A DNA stretch of 64,000 nucleotides from the human T2T-CHM13v2.0 reference genome, Homo sapiens: assembly GCF_009914755.1 (NCBI RefSeq), contig NC_060936.1, one strand, 5' to 3'. The position numbers and the translations under genes were made by a program. Under the pieces are notes generated by a model. The model ran no database searches. It was not told the origin of the DNA and saw only the letters and a list, made by a program, of their open reading frames with translations. Below, in pieces: positions 1 through 15,635 of the stretch; within the stretch, counting starts at the first letter, position 1, and every line of letters begins with the position of its first letter.

Positions 1-846
1 GCCCCAGTCTTCCCTCCTGCAGAATGGGAATGTCATTACATTAACATGACAGGTGATGGAGAGGCACTCTTGCAGCAATGGTGGTAAGGGACAGCTCTGT
101 CAAAATGCAGGGAGAAGCAAGAGGGAAGAGAGGGATTTTCTGTGCCCTGGACATGGCCACCTCCGATTTTATCATGGGTTGGTTAATTTCACCTCCCCAG
201 CAGCCTCAGGTCCCCAAAGGCCAGCAGTGGCTCTGTAAGCCATCAGCCTGAGGCAGTCTACTGGCTGCACTCTTAGTCTACTCTGGAGTATGAGGATTCA
301 TCCACCAGGCTCCAGTTTGATTCACGGCACTCTCTTGACAGCCTCATTCCCCAGAGTCCCCGAGGACCCCAGCATTTTGTTCATCTCCTGCTCTGAGCTC
401 TTCGGGAGGGAATGTGACTATGTGACTGTCAGCCAGTTGTCACATTTCATCCCAGAGGCAGTGGAAATGATGCCTGAATGCCATGCCTCTGTGTGCTGCA
501 TCGGAGATGCCTCTATGTGACTGAAACATCATGGACGATTTTCAGTACATGGGAGGCTGTTCTTTTCCATTCCTTTATATTTTGTGCTCATCTTTATATG
601 CCTTTATCTTCCTTCTCATAATAAATCCTATATGGTAAGAATTTTGATTCCCATTTTTACAGATAGGGAAACTGAGGTGGAGGCAACAAGGCTAAAAAGT
701 GGCAGAGAGGGAATGTGGACCTAGGCTGACCTGACCTCTAAGCCCAACTCTTTGTGGTGCCTCTTCAGTTACAATGCCTCCTCTAAAGAGAGAGGGGAGA
801 GAATAAGATGCTTCTCTCCTCTCCACTGCTTTGAAAAATATGATCA

Positions 847-1264
847 AGCCAGGCACAGTGCTCATATCTGTAATCTCAGCACTTTGGGAAGCCGAGGCAG
901 GCGGATTGCTTGAGCCCAGGAGTTTGAGACCAACCTGGGCAACAAAGTGACACCCCGTCTCTACCAAAAAAAAAAAAAATTGGCCGGGCATCATCGTGGG
1001 TGCCTATAGACCCAGCTACTCAGGAGGCTTGAGCCCAGGAGGTGGAGGTTGCAGTGAGCCAAGATCATGCCAGGGTGAGTGACAGAATGAGACCCTGTCT
1101 CAAAAAATAATAATAATAATAAATATGATCAGCTGGGTGTGGGGGCATATGCCTGTAGTCTGAGATATTGGGAGGCTGAAGCAAGAGATTCACTTCAGCC
1201 CAGGAGTTCGAGGCCAGCCTGGGCAACATAGTGAGACCCTGTCTCTAAGACAAAAAAAAAAAAA
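847..1264 (+). mobile_element. AluJ-like element (847-1120) followed by a FLAM-like monomer (1131-1264)
   Basis: Alu arms, A/(TAA)n tails, TSD AAATATGATCA around the first element. Confidence 0.85.
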
Positions 1265-3149
1265 GAGAGAAGGAGGAAGAAAGAGCTTTCTGGGCTAAGA
1301 CAAATGTTAGTCATGTGTATCTGTGATGTGGTGTGATGACAGGTCTACTTGTTCTGGATGTCTTTTTTTTGGTGAGTATTGTTTGGGGGAGAAAGAAGTA
1401 TTGGGTGGCGTGAGGATTCAATGTAGATGGACCAATGTTTAATGGGACTGAGGACACAGAGAGGACACAGAGCGGACACAGAGATGTGGGAGACAGGGTC
1501 CCTCAAGGTGCTCCTTGACACACAGACACAGCTTGGGGGACTTAGTTGCTGCCAAGCCAACTCTTGGCGTGACATGAGGTGGCAGGAGTGGGGACGGACG
1601 GCCACTGAGGACCCACCACCCCAGGACAGCCGGGCGCCTCTGGCAGGCAGGTCCACGGTTACTGATTGTCATGGTCAAGCTCAGCTGGGCACTGGGTCCA
1701 GAAGGAGATGTGACTGGCCCATTTTGTGTCTTTTATCTGAGCCTGCACCTTTCCTAACTCAGATTTTTTAAATACTTTTTTCTTTATACTCACTTTGTTT
1801 TTCTCTGTACTAATACACTAACTCGGATTTTTGGCTTTTATTGGGCCGAGGTCCCACCAACCTGGATGCTCAGCCTTGTTTGGTAAAGCAAGAAAAGTAT
1901 CTGAGAAATGTTCCCTAAAGGCTGATTTCACCCCAAACAGTCACTCAGTGATGCGCCTCACTTACCAAGGACACACCCCCAAAAGGCATCTCCTGGCCTC
2001 CGGGTCTCACTCTGTTATCGCAGGGTGTGGTGGAGCAGGTGTGGTTGGGTGGCCACCAAGATGGATTTCAGTCTCTTTCCAGGCCCAGGGAACAAGCCGA
2101 ATTCGAGAGACTTGGCTTTTAGCCTCCTGTTAGAGCCAAGAAAGACTTCAAAGACTCAACGGCTTCTAAGGCTTTTTACATCAGCAAAGTCCTGCAAAGC
2201 CTGCAAACGAAGGCTGCTTTGAGGCCTTTCATTCTAAGGACAGAGAAGGTAAATTCCATGGCCACTTTCTCCAGAGCAGCAACTGGGCTCCTTCTTTTTA
2301 CTTCCATGGGGAGGACAAGAGATTCATTTGCTTTCTGTTGCTGAGAATGCTATCAAAACAAATTTTACTTTTAGCTGCAACCTTTCAAAAGCGTCTTAAG
2401 CATAAAGCACGAAAAAATCCCCAAGCTTATGTAGGCATTCTAGTTTTTTCGTGGTTGGTGTTTTTTTTTAACTGTGCCAGTTTCAGCTGAAACATGGTTC
2501 TATTGTTTCCATTTCCCACTGTACATACAGCACTGAATTCTTGGGGAGCAAAAGTACGAGGGCAGATTGAGAAACCCCAGTTCATGAGAAGTTTGTTGTT
2601 GTGGTGGTTGTTGTTTTAGCAAAGAGAGGAAATCGGTAAATAGCTCTGATGTTGAGACAGCAGGAGGTCAGGACATTGAGCAACGTGCAGGTGGGGTTGT
2701 GGACTCAGGGCTGAGCGGCAGGGGGCGCTCCTCCCAGTGCAAGCCTTCAGAAACACCAGCCTTGAGTTGGACGGTTCTGGCTCATTGTGTGGAGTCCTAA
2801 GTGGTCACACTCCACACTCCTAAGTGGTCTGGTCACACAGTTGTTTTAAAGAAGGGTAATGGCTCATTAGGTAGATTTGGGTAGGATGCAGCTTGAAGTG
2901 GGGCGTAAAATCCTTTCATTGTCCAATGGGGAGGTCACAGTGCAGCAGCTACTCCTTGTACTTGGAATGAGGGAAACAGCGTAATCTAGACTTGAACACG
3001 GGCTCAGGAACCAGGAGCGCCAGCCACAGATCTCACTCACTCTCACTGTTGTTTGCAACTTTGGGCAAGTCAAGTAACTTCTCTGCTGGATCACTGCTTC
3101 TCCAACTGTGTGAGCATTTGTAGCTTTTTCCCAAATAAGTACTCTACTT

Positions 3150-3308
3150 CCTGGCTTTCCAAAGTGGAGCCGGACAGTCGCTTCTGCATCATTGGGAGTT
3201 TGTTGGCAATGCAGAATGTCAGCCTCGATTCCAGACCTACTACATGGAATCTGCATTTTAACCAGAGGCCCAGTGCTGAGCACACTGAGGTCTGAGAAGG
3301 ACTGCTCT
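3150..3308. mobile_element. MER5A-like hAT-Charlie DNA transposon relic
   Basis: atgcagaat..agacctact..gaatctgcattttaac motif; boundaries approximate. Confidence 0.6.
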
Positions 3309-3399
3309 GTTCTCCCAGGTCACTGCAATGGTATCAGGTTCTTCTGTTCCTCTCTCTCAGAGGATACTTGAAATGATGCCTGAAAAAAAAGACAATCTA

Positions 3400-3707
3400 G
3401 GCCAGGCATGGTGCCTCATGCTTGTAATCCTAGCCCTTTGGGAGGCCAAGGCGGGAGCATCACTTCAACCCAGGAGTTTGGGACAAGCCTGGATAACATA
3501 GTAAGACCCCATCTCTACAAAAGAATAAAAAATTAGCTGGGTGTGGTGGTGCACACCTGTAGTCCCAGCTACTTGGGAAGCTGAAGTGGGAGAAGTGGGG
3601 AGGATTGCTTGAGCCTGAGAGGTCGAGGCTGCAGTGAGCCATGATCGTACCACTGCACTCCAGCCTGGATGACACAGCGAGACTCTCAAAAAAAAAAAAA
3701 AAAAAAA
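3400..3707 (+). mobile_element. AluJ-like element
   Basis: Full dimer, poly-A tail, degenerate TSD. Confidence 0.9.
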
Positions 3708-4235
3708 GATCATCTATATATATGGTCAGGACTCAGGTAAGATCCTTAAGATGTCTTTGTATTCATCTGTAATAAGTCATTTTAAGAACTCCATGTTCTC
3801 TGAGGCATTTTCTGAAAGTCATTTGTGCACCCATCTATTGCCAATGATTTCTCCTCTCACTAGAGGTGTGAGATGTTTTTCAAACCCGCTATGAATTTCT
3901 GTTAAATTACCTTACCCATTAGATGTTTTTTCACCCTGCTGTCTCTCACCAGGGGAACGCTGTGAAAAAGCTTTAGAACACTGTGCAAGCAATCATCCTT
4001 TCCAGCCACCTGTTTCTGCTGACAACTTTATGAATAGCTTCTTTACCAATCATTAGACAAAAACCATTCCATTCTGGAGAATGATGACACAGAAGGTTAA
4101 GGGCTTTTTCTAAAAGCACATACACATGTGTGAGGTTTGCCAAAACCAGCTTGTGCCCAAAGTAGGACAGATGGGCCACTAAGGGGAAAGAGCAGAGAAA
4201 GGGATTCAAGAGAAGGAAGTTTTTGTAAGGCTTGT

Positions 4236-4582
4236 GCTATAGACTGAGTGACTGTATTCCCCCAAAATTCATAATCATCAATGTGATGGTATTAAGAGAC
4301 AGGGTGTTTGGGAGATGCGTAGTCATGACAGGGTAGCCCACATGAATGAGATTAGTGCCCCTATAAAAGAGACACCAGAGAGCTCCCTCACCCCTTCTGC
4401 CATGTAAGGACACAGTGAGAAGACAGCAGTCTATGAACCAGGAAGCAGGCTCTCACCAGATACTTCATCTGCTGGTGCCTTGATGTTGGACTTCCCAGCT
4501 CCAGAACCATGACAAATAAATTGTTGTTTAAGCCACCCAGTCTATGGCATTTTTGTGAGAGCAGCCCAGATGCATTAAGACA
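4236..4582 (+). mobile_element. MLT1A-type MaLR solo LTR
   Basis: TGCTAT...AAGACA termini, tataaaa, ggacttcccag, aataaa...ttaagccacccagtctatgg. Confidence 0.8.
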
Positions 4583-5021
4583 GCTTAAAGGGGGCCTTCT
4601 GAATGGTACATCTAGGGGGCAAAAGTCACAATTTGAAATGTCTTCCTTAGAAATGTCCTCTGAGAATATAAAAGTAATAATAAGAAATCGATTTTTACAG
4701 AATGCCCCAAACTCCTAAGATTTCAGCCTTTAGGTTATGTCCCTGTCATCATATTAATGAAACATGACTTTTTCAGTAGTACAAAGAAGTGTTTCTTTTC
4801 ATCCAAAGGAGACCGTGGTCCTGTCTACAACATGGCATGAAGGAGGACTGATCAATTATCCAGATAATACAAGGCCAACCTCTCCCCGCCAACACCACTA
4901 CCACTATACACAACATCATCACGGCCTTCGCTAAAGTATCAGACCAGGGGAGACTAATCACATTACTTGGACAAAGTTTAGCAAACTACCTGCCTCATGA
5001 ATCCTTCTATTTATTCTGTGG

Positions 5022-5210
5022 CAGTGGTTCTCTACTGGGGAAGATTTGGCAATGTCTAGAGACGTGTTTGGTTGTCACAGCTGGCAATGGGTTGCTACTA
5101 TTGGGCAGAGGCAAGGGATGCTGCTGGACATCCTACACTGTGTGGGACAGTCTCTACAACCCAGAATTCTCCAGTCCCAATGTCAGTAGTGCTGAGGTTA
5201 AGAAGCTCTG
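5022..5210. mobile_element. MER20-like hAT-Charlie DNA transposon
   Basis: cagtggttctc...tggcaatgtctagagac...aatgtcagtagtgctgaggttaagaa. Confidence 0.7.
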
Positions 5211-5566
5211 TTCTGGGAGATGGGGTTGAGCCTCCATTCACTGCAAAGCAAAGGAACATTCACAGCAATATTGAAGGAATAGGGGCCAGCACTTCCTCCA
5301 TGGTTTCTCCAACCACAGGAAAAGCAACATGAACAGCTTCTGGGATGAGCTAGATTGAGCCAAGTCCAATCCCATTCGGCTGTGTCATCACGGGGCAACT
5401 TATGATACCAGAGCTCAGGTATTGACAGTTCGGCCCTTCAGAGGGATTTCTGGGGTTTTTAGCTTCTTCCAATCCTGGTACTTTGGCCTAGATTAGGGCT
5501 TCTGGGAGGTCAAGAGAAATCCAGGTCACATCCATTTTGGAGGCTCCAATTATAAGGGCAAAAAGA

Positions 5567-5705
5567 GGTCGGGTGTGGTGGTTCACACCTGTAACCCCAG
5601 CACTCTGGGAGGCCGAGGCAGGAGGATTACTTGAGGTCAGGAGCTTGACACCGGCCTGGCCAACATGGTGAAATCCGAATCTACTAAAAAAAAAGTACAA
5701 AAGTA
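5567..5705 (+). mobile_element. Alu left monomer
   Basis: ggtcgggtgtggtggttcacacctgtaa...ctactaaaaa. Confidence 0.8.
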
Positions 5706-6144
5706 CAAAAAGAGGCCAAAATAAGATTATAAAAATTTCTATTTATTTTAAATATTTGCACATAAGATATATAAATATTTGCATATAAGAAATTATCCCT
5801 TTTACCCCCCCCCCAGCAATGGAATGCAATGTACTTGTACCATTCACAATATAATTGCAATATTTATACAATTTATGTATTAATTCACAGTGCCCTAGAG
5901 ACAGGATTGCCTTACAGTAGGGTACAACCTGAAGGAAGCTTTCTTTTCCTTGGTCCTGTCAGTGTGTCTCTGTAACTATAAATATACTTACTTAGAAATA
6001 ATATTAAAGATCAAAATTTACAGCTTTTTGAGGCTATATCATAAGGAGCAACAAAAGTTCAGAGGCAGGAAATAATAGTTAAAGCATACAAGTACTTACA
6101 TGTTTATATACATATACGTATAACTATGTATAGTTAAAACATAA

Positions 6145-6567
<423 letters not shown>

Positions 6568-7273
6568 TGAGTGACTTGCGCAAGGTCACACACCTCAGGA
6601 GTAGGTATGTAAGTAGAATAAGGATTCAAACTGAGAAAGTTCTGCTCCAGAGGCCACCACCCTTACCATTTTCATATGTAGCCTCTCATAAGGAGAGGGG
6701 CAGACTCAAGTAGATGTGCAGAATCATAGAAAGGCTTCAGAAAGTCTATAAAGAGTGGTTCAGGCATTGGAGTCAAGCAGATCCAAGTTCAATTCCAGGC
6801 TTTGACCCTTATTAGCTGTGAAGCCTTGGGCTCCCTACTTTAACCTAAAGCCTAATGGTCCCCACCAGTCAAGCGAGGCTATGTTGGAATCTGAGAACTA
6901 GCCCTGAGGACACAAGGAAAGGGCTCAGTCATCACAGCTGTGTCTGATCTCAGCCTCCGCCTTCTTAGATAATAAAAGTGAGGCTCAGAGACAGAAAGTG
7001 GGCTGCCCAGGGCCACACAGCAAACTATTGACAGTCCTCAGCACACCTGGTCCAATGTCCTGTGCATAGCATTGGCAGCTCTAAGCCAACTCATCTAGTC
7101 GACTCTGCCCCCTACAGCTTCTTGCCCATTTCAGGGCTCCAGATAGGCTTCTGCCCACCTGCAGGGCCACGCTGCCATACTTGGTGGTCTGTGGCAAAGT
7201 GGGTAAAGCAGGAACAACTGGAGAAGACACAGAACAAAACATGTGGGAAAAAAATGTTCAAGGTCCAGGCATA

Positions 7274-7965
<692 letters not shown>

Positions 7966-8497
7966 CTATTGAAGAGCATGAATCTGGCTCATACGTGAGG
8001 GATTGAGAAGTTTCACTCAACCATTCATTCATTCAATATTTACTCAGCACCCACTCTGTATACCAGGCATGGGAATTCAACACTAAACGCAGTACTTAGG
8101 AGCTGTAATTATCATCCGGCAACAAATTCTTTGCTTCTGTGATGAATCTCACAGCCATGCAACAAGTACACCATCCCATCCTTAACAAGGTCTGAGAAGT
8201 CATCTTCCATTTATTCTTCCAGTATTTATTTGGCGTGTACTCTCTCCCAGGCCCTGGGCATGCTAAGATGGAAAAGACCATCTAGTGGAGAAGACAAACA
8301 TATGACCGGTGTCCACTCAGCCTGACCCTACATGGTGACTGACGCCTGCCAAAGCCTGGCTCGAGGGGCGCAGTAACCATGCTCAGATCCTCCTTTCTCC
8401 TCTGGCATCACAAATGGGGAGATCAAAACCTTTGCCCAGCCCATCCTTCCTCTGCTTCTCATGAACAGTCTGGTCCATTTCCCTGTCCTCTCAGAAT

Positions 8498-8854
8498 CAT
8501 GCTGCTGATAAAGACATACCCGAGACTGGGCAATTTATAAAGAAAAATAGGTTTAGTGGACTCACAGTTCCACGTGGCTGGGGAGGCCTCACAATCACGG
8601 CGGAAGGTGAAAGGCACGTCTAACAGAGCAGCAGGCAAGAGCAAAAATGAGAATGAAGAGAAAGGGGTTTCTCCTTATAAAATCATCAAATCTCATGAGA
8701 CTTATTCACTATGATGAGAACAGTATGGGGGAAACCACCCCCATTATTCAATTATCTCAATTATCTCCCGCCAGGTTCCTCCCACAGCACATGGGAATCA
8801 TGGGAGCTACAATTCAAGGTGAGATTTGGGTGGGGACACAGCCACATCATATCA
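8498..8854 (-). mobile_element. THE1-type MaLR solo LTR
   Basis: gctgctgataaagacatacccgagactggg...gagatttgggtggggacacagcc..atatca. Confidence 0.85.
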
Positions 8855-10592
8855 GGTGGGGTTTCCGATGGCAAGGATGTGATTAATTTCATTATATCCA
8901 GGGCTTTGGTGGAGCCTTTCACTTTTCCCTGGGCACGCATTTCTGTCTTTCCTTCCAAAAGAGGTGGCGTGGGTGTGGAAGGAACCACACAGGACTGAAG
9001 ACGGAAAACACAGGCTCTGTCCCCCATCTTGACGCTTAGATGATGTGTGGTCTTAGATCAGTCACCTCCTTCTTCTCGTTAGTCTCCTCAGCTGTGGTAG
9101 ATTAAATGTGGCCACAAATTCTTGACAGATCTTCCCATCAGGAGATGGCATCTTTCTCCACTTCCCTTGATTCCGCCAGGCAACACTCTTGTCCAAGTCA
9201 CCGGCATCTGCCCCTTCATTACTGCAATAACCTCCTCATAGTTCTCCCCACATTCGCTCTGCCCACCCCACCATCCCCACCCCCACATTCCACACACGGG
9301 AGTTGGAATGACCTGAAATCTAAGTCAGATGATGTCATTCATCATCCTACGCCCCTACCCACCGCCCTGTGCCTCCCTAACCAACCACCCACAGCAAGAC
9401 TGCATCTTCTGGCTCCCTGTCACCCCTCTTCCCTGTCTCCTCATTCATACTGCTATAGCCTCACCTCTGGGATTGTGACCCTGGAACCACATAGCTGGTC
9501 ATCTGGAGACAGACTGGAGCAGAAAACCAAGGTAGAACTTGAGTTGGAAAGCTTATAGGGTTGAAGTTTCACTTTAACGCTGAGGTGTTACACAGAAGCT
9601 AGAGGGGGCAGAAAACTACCCAAGTCTGTGGAAAGGAGTTTTTCTGACAGGTGGTGATAGTGGTGGCATCAAGGAGGAGGGGACTGAGGGAATGCAGTTG
9701 CTGGTAAAGGGTAGATGGTCAGAATCCTCAGCTGTCACCCAGCAACTTGACGGTGAATAGGATGAAGCAGTCACCAATCAGGCTGTCACAACCACATTTG
9801 CTTGCACGTCTTATTTAATTTTCCCTTGACCATAAACCTCTGATCCTATATTAGAATACAGAGCCCTCAGAGGGAAGGGCTGTGTCATGTTCATTTTTGT
9901 AGCTCCCTGTCTCCCAAACTGTCCTGCATAAAGATGGCAAAGAAAACAATTGTTGCATGTCATGGGTGACAGTTCTTGCCTCCTCACAGCAGCACCCCAA
10001 GTTTCCTCCAGAGAATTCTTGCTGCCAACTCTGTGTTCCCTGTACAGCTAATTCTCTCTCTGGCTCCAGGGCTGGGCATGAGGCTCAGGCTTTGCTGAGC
10101 AGAGCATCACCTTCTCCTGACCACAGTGACTGGTGATCATTCCAGAACTGAAGAGGCAAATGAGAGAGAAGTAGAGAGAAATGCAGGTGCTTTTTCTGCC
10201 GAGGTTGCAAGTAGTAAAGATGCATCAAGCCTGAAGCTCCTGATGGCTTAATGTTAAGTGAACAGATTGTAAGACAGAAACTAAATATAGGAGAGAGGTC
10301 CAATCCTGATGACAGTGGTTTCAGCCCCTAGATCCAGCTATGTCTGAAGCTATTTATGTCAGTAGGTTCTTGAGCTACTAAGCATATACATTCTCTTTCT
10401 TGCCCAAGGCAAATGGAGTCGGTTAGCTGTCAATTGCATTCAATAGAGTCCTGACAGACCAACGAATGAATGAATGAATTGATGAACAACTCTACCAGAA
10501 AACTTGTGTCACATGACAGACAGGATCCTATCTCAGGAGTCGGGTTAGTATATTGCCATTGCTAACTCTATGACGCTGGGCAAGTTTCCTGA

Positions 10593-10900
<308 letters not shown>

Positions 10901-12117
10901 TTCCTAATGTATTTGAACTTCAGTTTAGAACTCTAATATTATTCATTTATTCAACGAATATTTAGTGACATTTGCTGTGCCAGGCACTCTGCCAGGTGTT
11001 GGCAATACTGTGGTAACAAGACTCTCACGGCTCTCGTCCTTGTGAAAATGCCAATTCAGTTCTAGAAAAATCAAGTTTCATTTTTGTACACCTGATTTTG
11101 TCACTGTCAAATCTATTCATGGTATAAGTCTCTAGCACTTGGTAAGTGGTAGCTATCATTCCTTCCACTCCTTATCAGCTAATATTGTAGGGTCAGCTAG
11201 AGGAGGAGCAAGAAACAGAGCCTCGTGCAATGGGGGAGGAGGGTACCATAGGCTTCATTTCCTTCCCAGCACTCAAGCCCATTTAGAAAAAAATGTTTAT
11301 GAGCCTCAGTACAGATGACACTGAGCTATAGGGTATAACAAGAGCCTGGCATGGCCCAGGATTCGATCCTCTGGGACCCTTAACTAAGAATAGCCAACGT
11401 GCCACCAACGACATTTATTCTGGCCTCTGGCAAAGAGACTTTTCTGACTTAAATATGTTCATCAGTTCCTAAGAATCAGGCTTAGAAACAGAGCTACTTA
11501 AGCTCAATCTCTTTCAATTCTCATTATAAGGAATTAATCATACCTGCTGCCATGGGATTTTCATTTTTAAAGGGAATTCACAGCTTGGGCTGAAGTGGCA
11601 GAATGTCGGAAATAAGTCCTGTAAAAGAGGCTGAGTTTAGCAAGCCCAAAATAACTGGAGTCCTAGCTTACCTTCTGTTATTTAACTTATTCACTCATTT
11701 AACAACTATGATTTATCAAGAGCCCACCCTGCACCAGGCACCATGCTGGTTGTGACAGCAAACCTGACAGGGACTGGGCCATCATGGAGCAGAAGCTGGC
11801 TCATGAGAAGGCAACCCACGGGGGCAAAAGACCTAGAGTCAAATACTCAAACCTAAGCCCATTCCCGTATACAAGGTGAGCCCACGTGAGCCTAGCCAGG
11901 GGTTAATACATCAGCCTCTGCTAAGAAATCAGTTCATGCGCTCTATTCTAAATACAGCACATTTCTCACCTGCTTTATTATTGCTGCATTAAAAGATGAC
12001 CTCAAAACTCAGCAATTTAGTACTTACTACCACTAAACTATACTCTTAAAAATGGTTAAGTTCGAGGCTGCAATGAGTTATGATCATGCCACTGCACTCC
12101 AACTTGGATGACAGAAA

Positions 12118-13086
<969 letters not shown>

Positions 13087-13204
13087 TGAGACAGGATCTC
13101 ACTCTGTCACCCAGGCTGGAGTGCAGTGATGCAATCATGGCTTACTGCAGCCTCAACCTCCTGGTCTCAAACAATCCTCCCACCTCAGCCTCCCAAGTAG
13201 CTGG

Positions 13205-14385
13205 TGTTATGGGATCTTTGAGGTGTCGATTTTCTGGCCAGAAACCTCTGTGGCAGGTGGCACCTTTGCCCGAGTTCTTGTCCTGAGTCCAGGACGAATG
13301 GGGAACACAGACAAGTGAAGGGTGAACAAGCTGAAGATAAACTTTATTAAGTGTTAGAACAGCTCAGAGAAGACCCACAGTGGGTAGCTCCTCTCTGTAG
13401 GTAGGTCGGCCAATCGAGTGTTCAGCTGTCAGCAGACAGGAGGCCCTAGAGAGGGTGGCTCCTCTCTGCTGGCAAGTCGTAGTATCATCTCCAGCTATCA
13501 GCAGAGGAGAGCTGCTCTCTGCAGCTGATCCTCCCATAGTCTCAACATCCTCTGCGTCCTCTGCCCTGCTCCGGCCATCCTCTCTCGTGCTCTGGCTGAG
13601 ACCGGGCTTTTATGGACCTCAGAGGGGAGGAAGTACATGCCGATTGGTCCATGGGTGGCCATTGGCAGCCCAGAAGAGGTACCACGAGTCCCTACTCCCA
13701 ACCTCGGAACTGGGAGCTGGCCCCCAGCTTTCAGGCCCTCCCTGGTCTGAAGGTCAGGCCTTACTGGGGAACCGCAGCCCAGGAATCTATTTGCCTCCTG
13801 ATGCCATTCATGGCCCTGGCGCTCATCCCCAAGCCCGCTCCAAGATCTGAGCAGGTTCCAAGAGAGGAGAGAAGTCAGGCAGCAGAAGCAGACAGCCCTG
13901 AGTGACAGAGTTGTGGGGGCCCTTCCCGGGCCCCTGAGGGCACAGGCTATATAGATGGCCCAGTCCTGCACCTGAGAGGGCAGCCACAGCTGCACCCTGG
14001 GAGTTCCCACCCCGCCAACTTGGGAGGGGCAGGGATCCCACTTGTCCCCAGCTCCTGCCTGCTCTGCGGAGCAGGAGGCCCAGGTCTGCAGCCACTGGTC
14101 GGGCGGCTGCAGCTGCACCTGGGAGGGCAGATCCTGCCTGCTCCCGCCACTCCCACCAAGAGCACAGGGAGCCCCAGATCCACAGCTGCAGTTTGGGTGG
14201 CTGCTGCCTGCTCTGTAAAGCAGGAGGCCTGGGTCTGCAGCTGCAGTTTGGGTGACTGCAGCAGTACCCCGGGAGCTCCTGCCCCAACTCAGAAGGGGCA
14301 GGGCTCCCACTGGCTCCATGGAGCATGCAGCCCCAGCTGTGCCTCCTTGCTGTAGCTGGCATGATGGCAGCAGCTGCTGCCATCA
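13205..14385 (-). mobile_element. MER52-type ERV1 solo LTR inserted into an antisense AluJ (13057-13204 plus 14386-14569)
   Basis: TG...CA termini; 4-bp TSD CTGG at 13201-13204 and 14386-14389; Alu sequence is continuous across the insertion (agtagctgg|gaccacagg). Confidence 0.85.
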
Positions 14386-14940
14386 CTGGGACCACAGGTG
14401 CATACCACCATGCCCAGCTAATTTTTTTATTTGTAGAGACAAGATTTTGCTGTTTTCCAGGTCGGCCTCAAACTCCTGGGCTCAAGTGATCCTCCTGCCT
14501 TGGCCTCCCAAAGTGCTGGCCTCTCAAAGGAGGGCAAAGTGGATTTAGGCCGAGCCACGGAGCCCACCCTAAATCTGTCTCTTTTTAAAAATGGCAAATT
14601 TTGTGTTATGTATATTTTACTATAATAAAAATTATGGAATGATTTTTTCTTTTAAAGTTAGTGGTTAGAAACAATCTTTTACTAAGCTCACAAATTCTGG
14701 GGGTCAGAAATTTGGGCAGGGCACAGTGGGGATGTCTTGTCTCTGTTCCATGATGGCTGGGTCTCAGCTGAGCAAGCTCAAACGCTGGGAGTGAATCAAT
14801 GTCTGGGAGCTGGATTCACCTAAAGGCACTTTCATTTACAGGTCTGGGTTAACTCAAAAACTACAACTGTCTACTGGAGTACCACATGTGGTCTCTCCAT
14901 GTGGTTTGGTTTCCTAACAGCATAGTGGACTCAGGGTAGC

Positions 14941-15635
<695 letters not shown>

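Noticed and set aside
1451-1483. (A/C)GGACACAGAG x3, and similar short tandem duplications at ~2796-2848, 8748-8768 and 12503-12532
   Set aside because: Simple slippage repeats with no unique spacers; not CRISPR-like and no sign of function.
13455-14548. Long overlapping ORFs (273, 190, 131 and 111 aa)
   Set aside because: All lie in the GC-rich MER52 LTR, where stop codons are rare. No recognisable domain, and they overlap on both strands.
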